From: Cyanobacteria bacterium P01_D01_bin.156
GTDB taxonomy: Bacteria; Cyanobacteriota; Cyanobacteriia; Phormidesmidales; Phormidesmidaceae
Direction: 5' to 3'
Assembly: GCA_039024555.1 (NCBI GenBank)
Contig: JBCCQQ010000046.1
Coordinates: 1 to 51,508, forward strand
DNA length: 51,508 nt
In this document: positions 49,420-51,508 of the stretch, piece by piece
How positions within the stretch are numbered: position 1 is the stretch's first letter
Layout: each line of letters opens with the position of its first letter
Program-made: the position numbers and the translations under genes
Notes under the pieces: generated by a model
The model's input: the letters and a program-made list of their open reading frames with translations, nothing else
Told to the model about the DNA's origin: nothing
Database searches by the model: none

Positions 49420-50280
49420 CTAAGTCCTCATCCTAGGATCAATCAAATCCCTCAACCCATCCCCCAACAAATTAAAACAAAACACCGCCAACATCAGCAC
49501 CGCCCCCGGAAAAATCGCTAACCACCATTCCCCCGAAATAATATACGTCGCCCCTTCCGCCACCATAATCCCCCATTCCGGTGTCGGTGGCCTCACACCC
49601 AAACCAATAAACGACAACCCTGCCGCATTCAAAATCGCCCAGCCCATATTCAATGAAATATGCACCATCATCACCGGCAACACATTAGGAAACAAGTGAG
49701 TGGCCATAATCCGCAGATGCCCATTGCCCGCCAACCTTGCCGCCTCCACATATCCCGCATCTCGTCGTACCAAAATCTCCGCCCGTACCACCCGGGTATA
49801 GAGGGGAAGATTAATCACCGCCGTGGCATAGATAATATTCTCAACGGTATTACCCAGGGCCGCCACTAGACCCATGGCCAAAATAAATAACGGAAACGCC
49901 ATGAGCGTATCAATGGTACGACTAATAATGCGATCGCACCCCCCACCAAAGTATCCTGCGCAAGTCCCCAAAATACTGCCCAGAGCAAACGACAGTACCA
50001 CAGCAACAACAGCAATTCCTAAATCTAACCGAGTCGCTACCACCACTCGACTAAGCACATCGCGCCCCAGATCATCGGTGCCAAACCAGTGGGCCGCAGA
50101 GGGCGGCGACAGCGCCACGGTGGCATTGCTAGCAACAGGATCGTAGGGAGCAATAATATTGCCAAACACGGCAAACAGAACAAACCCAAAGAACAATACA
50201 AATGCCCCAAAGGTAACCGCATTCTCACTGATGATATAGCGTGCCTGGGCCAGAAAAGACTTTTGAACAGACAAGGTCAT
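49420..50280 (-). CDS. Dipeptide/oligopeptide ABC permease (DppC-like)
   Basis: HWFGTDDLGRDVLSR, YVEAARLAG, LSFIGLG..PPTPEWG, FNLLGDGLRD. Confidence 0.93.
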   Translation of the reverse strand: MTLSVQKSFLAQARYIISENAVTFGAFVLFFGFVLFAVFGNIIAPYDPVASNATVALSPPSAAHWFGTDDLGRDVLSRVVVATRLDLGIAVVAVVLSFALGSILGTCAGYFGGGCDRIISRTIDTLMAFPLFILAMGLVAALGNTVENIIYATAVINLPLYTRVVRAEILVRRDAGYVEAARLAGNGHLRIMATHLFPNVLPVMMVHISLNMGWAILNAAGLSFIGLGVRPPTPEWGIMVAEGATYIISGEWWLAIFPGAVLMLAVFCFNLLGDGLRDLIDPRMRT

Positions 50281-51305
50281 GACTCTACTCCTGCCCGTGG
50301 ATCAATCACGGTGTACAACAAATCAATCAGTAAATTGAGCACTACATAAAGCAGAGCCATCGTCAGCACAAACCCCTGCACCGCCGCATAGTCCGATGCA
50401 ATTAGGGCCGAAACCGCATAGGACCCAATTCCTGGCCAAGCAAACACCTTTTCCACCAGCACATTGGCCCCAAGTAAAAAAGAGAACACCACACCCAGCG
50501 TAGTCACCACCGGCAGCATGGCATTACGAAACGCATAGCCAAACAGAATGGTACTAGGCGCTAATCCGCTAGCTTTTGCGGTACGAATAAAATCACTGGA
50601 TAATACCGCCAACATCGATGCCCGCGTCACCCGTGCTAGAGGTGCCAGCGCAAACAAACCGAGGGTAACTGCCGGTAAAATTAACTGCCCCAGTGCGGCC
50701 CCAAACGTATCCCACTCACCCGCTAGTAAACTATCCACCAGAAATAACCCTGTCACCTGTTCCGGTGCAGAATAGAGAATGGCTAACCGACCCAATGGAG
50801 CAGGCGCAATACCCAGACGAAAGTAAAACACATAAATCAGCAACAGTCCGGTAAAAAATGTGGGTAACGACACCCCTGCTGTAGCTAATACCCTTACACC
50901 ATGGTCGATCCATGAACCAGGTCGGGTAGCGGCAATAATACCCAAGGGTAAGGCTAGCGTCAGTGAAAAGATAAGCCCTGCCAGGGTAAGTTCAAGCGAT
51001 GCAGGCAGTCGTGTAAGTAAATCAGAAACAACCGTCTGCCCCGTAGTTAAAGAACTGCCCAAGTCTCCCCTCAGCAGTTCCCCTACATAGATAACAAATT
51101 GCTCCGGCAGACTACGATTCAGCCCTAACGTTTCTCGAATTTGGTCAATCGCTTCCTGGGTAGCCGCAGGACCAGCAAAGTAGGCCGCCGGATCCCCTGG
51201 CAGAGCACGGGTAAGAATAAACGTTACAATGATGACCCCCAGAATACTAGGAATCGCACCGAAGATACGTTGGACAACAACAGAGGCTGTAGAAGGACGA
51301 GACAT
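50277..51305 (-). CDS. Dipeptide/oligopeptide ABC permease (DppB-like)
   Basis: LPGDPA, GDLGSS, PASLEL, RTAKASGL, VEKVFAWPGIG, IDPR. Confidence 0.93.
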   Translation of the reverse strand: MSRPSTASVVVQRIFGAIPSILGVIIVTFILTRALPGDPAAYFAGPAATQEAIDQIRETLGLNRSLPEQFVIYVGELLRGDLGSSLTTGQTVVSDLLTRLPASLELTLAGLIFSLTLALPLGIIAATRPGSWIDHGVRVLATAGVSLPTFFTGLLLIYVFYFRLGIAPAPLGRLAILYSAPEQVTGLFLVDSLLAGEWDTFGAALGQLILPAVTLGLFALAPLARVTRASMLAVLSSDFIRTAKASGLAPSTILFGYAFRNAMLPVVTTLGVVFSFLLGANVLVEKVFAWPGIGSYAVSALIASDYAAVQGFVLTMALLYVVLNLLIDLLYTVIDPRAGVES

Positions 51306-51353
51306 GGAACTTTATGAATACTTGTAGGGACCTGGTTAGAGGCTTGGAGAAAA

Positions 51354-51488
51354 CTAGTGGAGCGTCAAGACTGAGATTTGGGATCGATGAGAATCGCCTT
51401 TACTACCGCTAGACCTTATCAAGAATGCGATTCACGACTCACTGAATAACTGGGTCAATCCTAATTTTTAGCTTTGACGCTCCACTAG
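51354..51488. mobile_element. ~135-bp MITE with perfect TIRs (family C)
   Basis: CTAGTGGAGCGTCAA (51354) ... TTGACGCTCCACTAG (51488), with the inverted match extending imperfectly inward. TA/CTAG at both ends. Confidence 0.75.
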
Positions 51489-51508
51489 TTCCCCTTATCA
51501 AGGCAGGG

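Overview
Chromosomal window from a cyanobacterium, probably a filamentous Leptolyngbya/Nodosilinea-like form. This rests on frequent HIP1 octamers (GCGATCGC), psbQ, and DUF4347/DUF4114, CHAT and pentapeptide proteins. Housekeeping genes (murD, glyS, psbQ, Na+/H+ antiporter, puuE, MscS, a dppBCDF-type ABC transporter, arsS with two TVP38 genes) are interleaved with accessory DNA. The accessory DNA includes an orphan 4-repeat CRISPR array with leader, three MITE families, a PemK/MazF toxin gene broken by a nonsense codon, large secreted repeat proteins and a NACHT protein fused to a second STAND-like ATPase. The most notable feature is a peptide-export locus at ~24.0-33.8 kb. Three short double-glycine-leader precursor genes (two below the ORF-track cutoff) lie next to a divergent HlyD / C39-peptidase ABC transporter pair. 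Predicted cores are LGYASWW, MAHKNYYKGPIPKHPGHYRG and a Gly/Trp-rich 38-mer. No classical RiPP maturase or two-component receptor is present. An MpaB/DUF2236 oxygenase-like gene, a methyltransferase and a Tat-exported deiminase follow the transporter. All family calls come from motif recognition; no searches were run.
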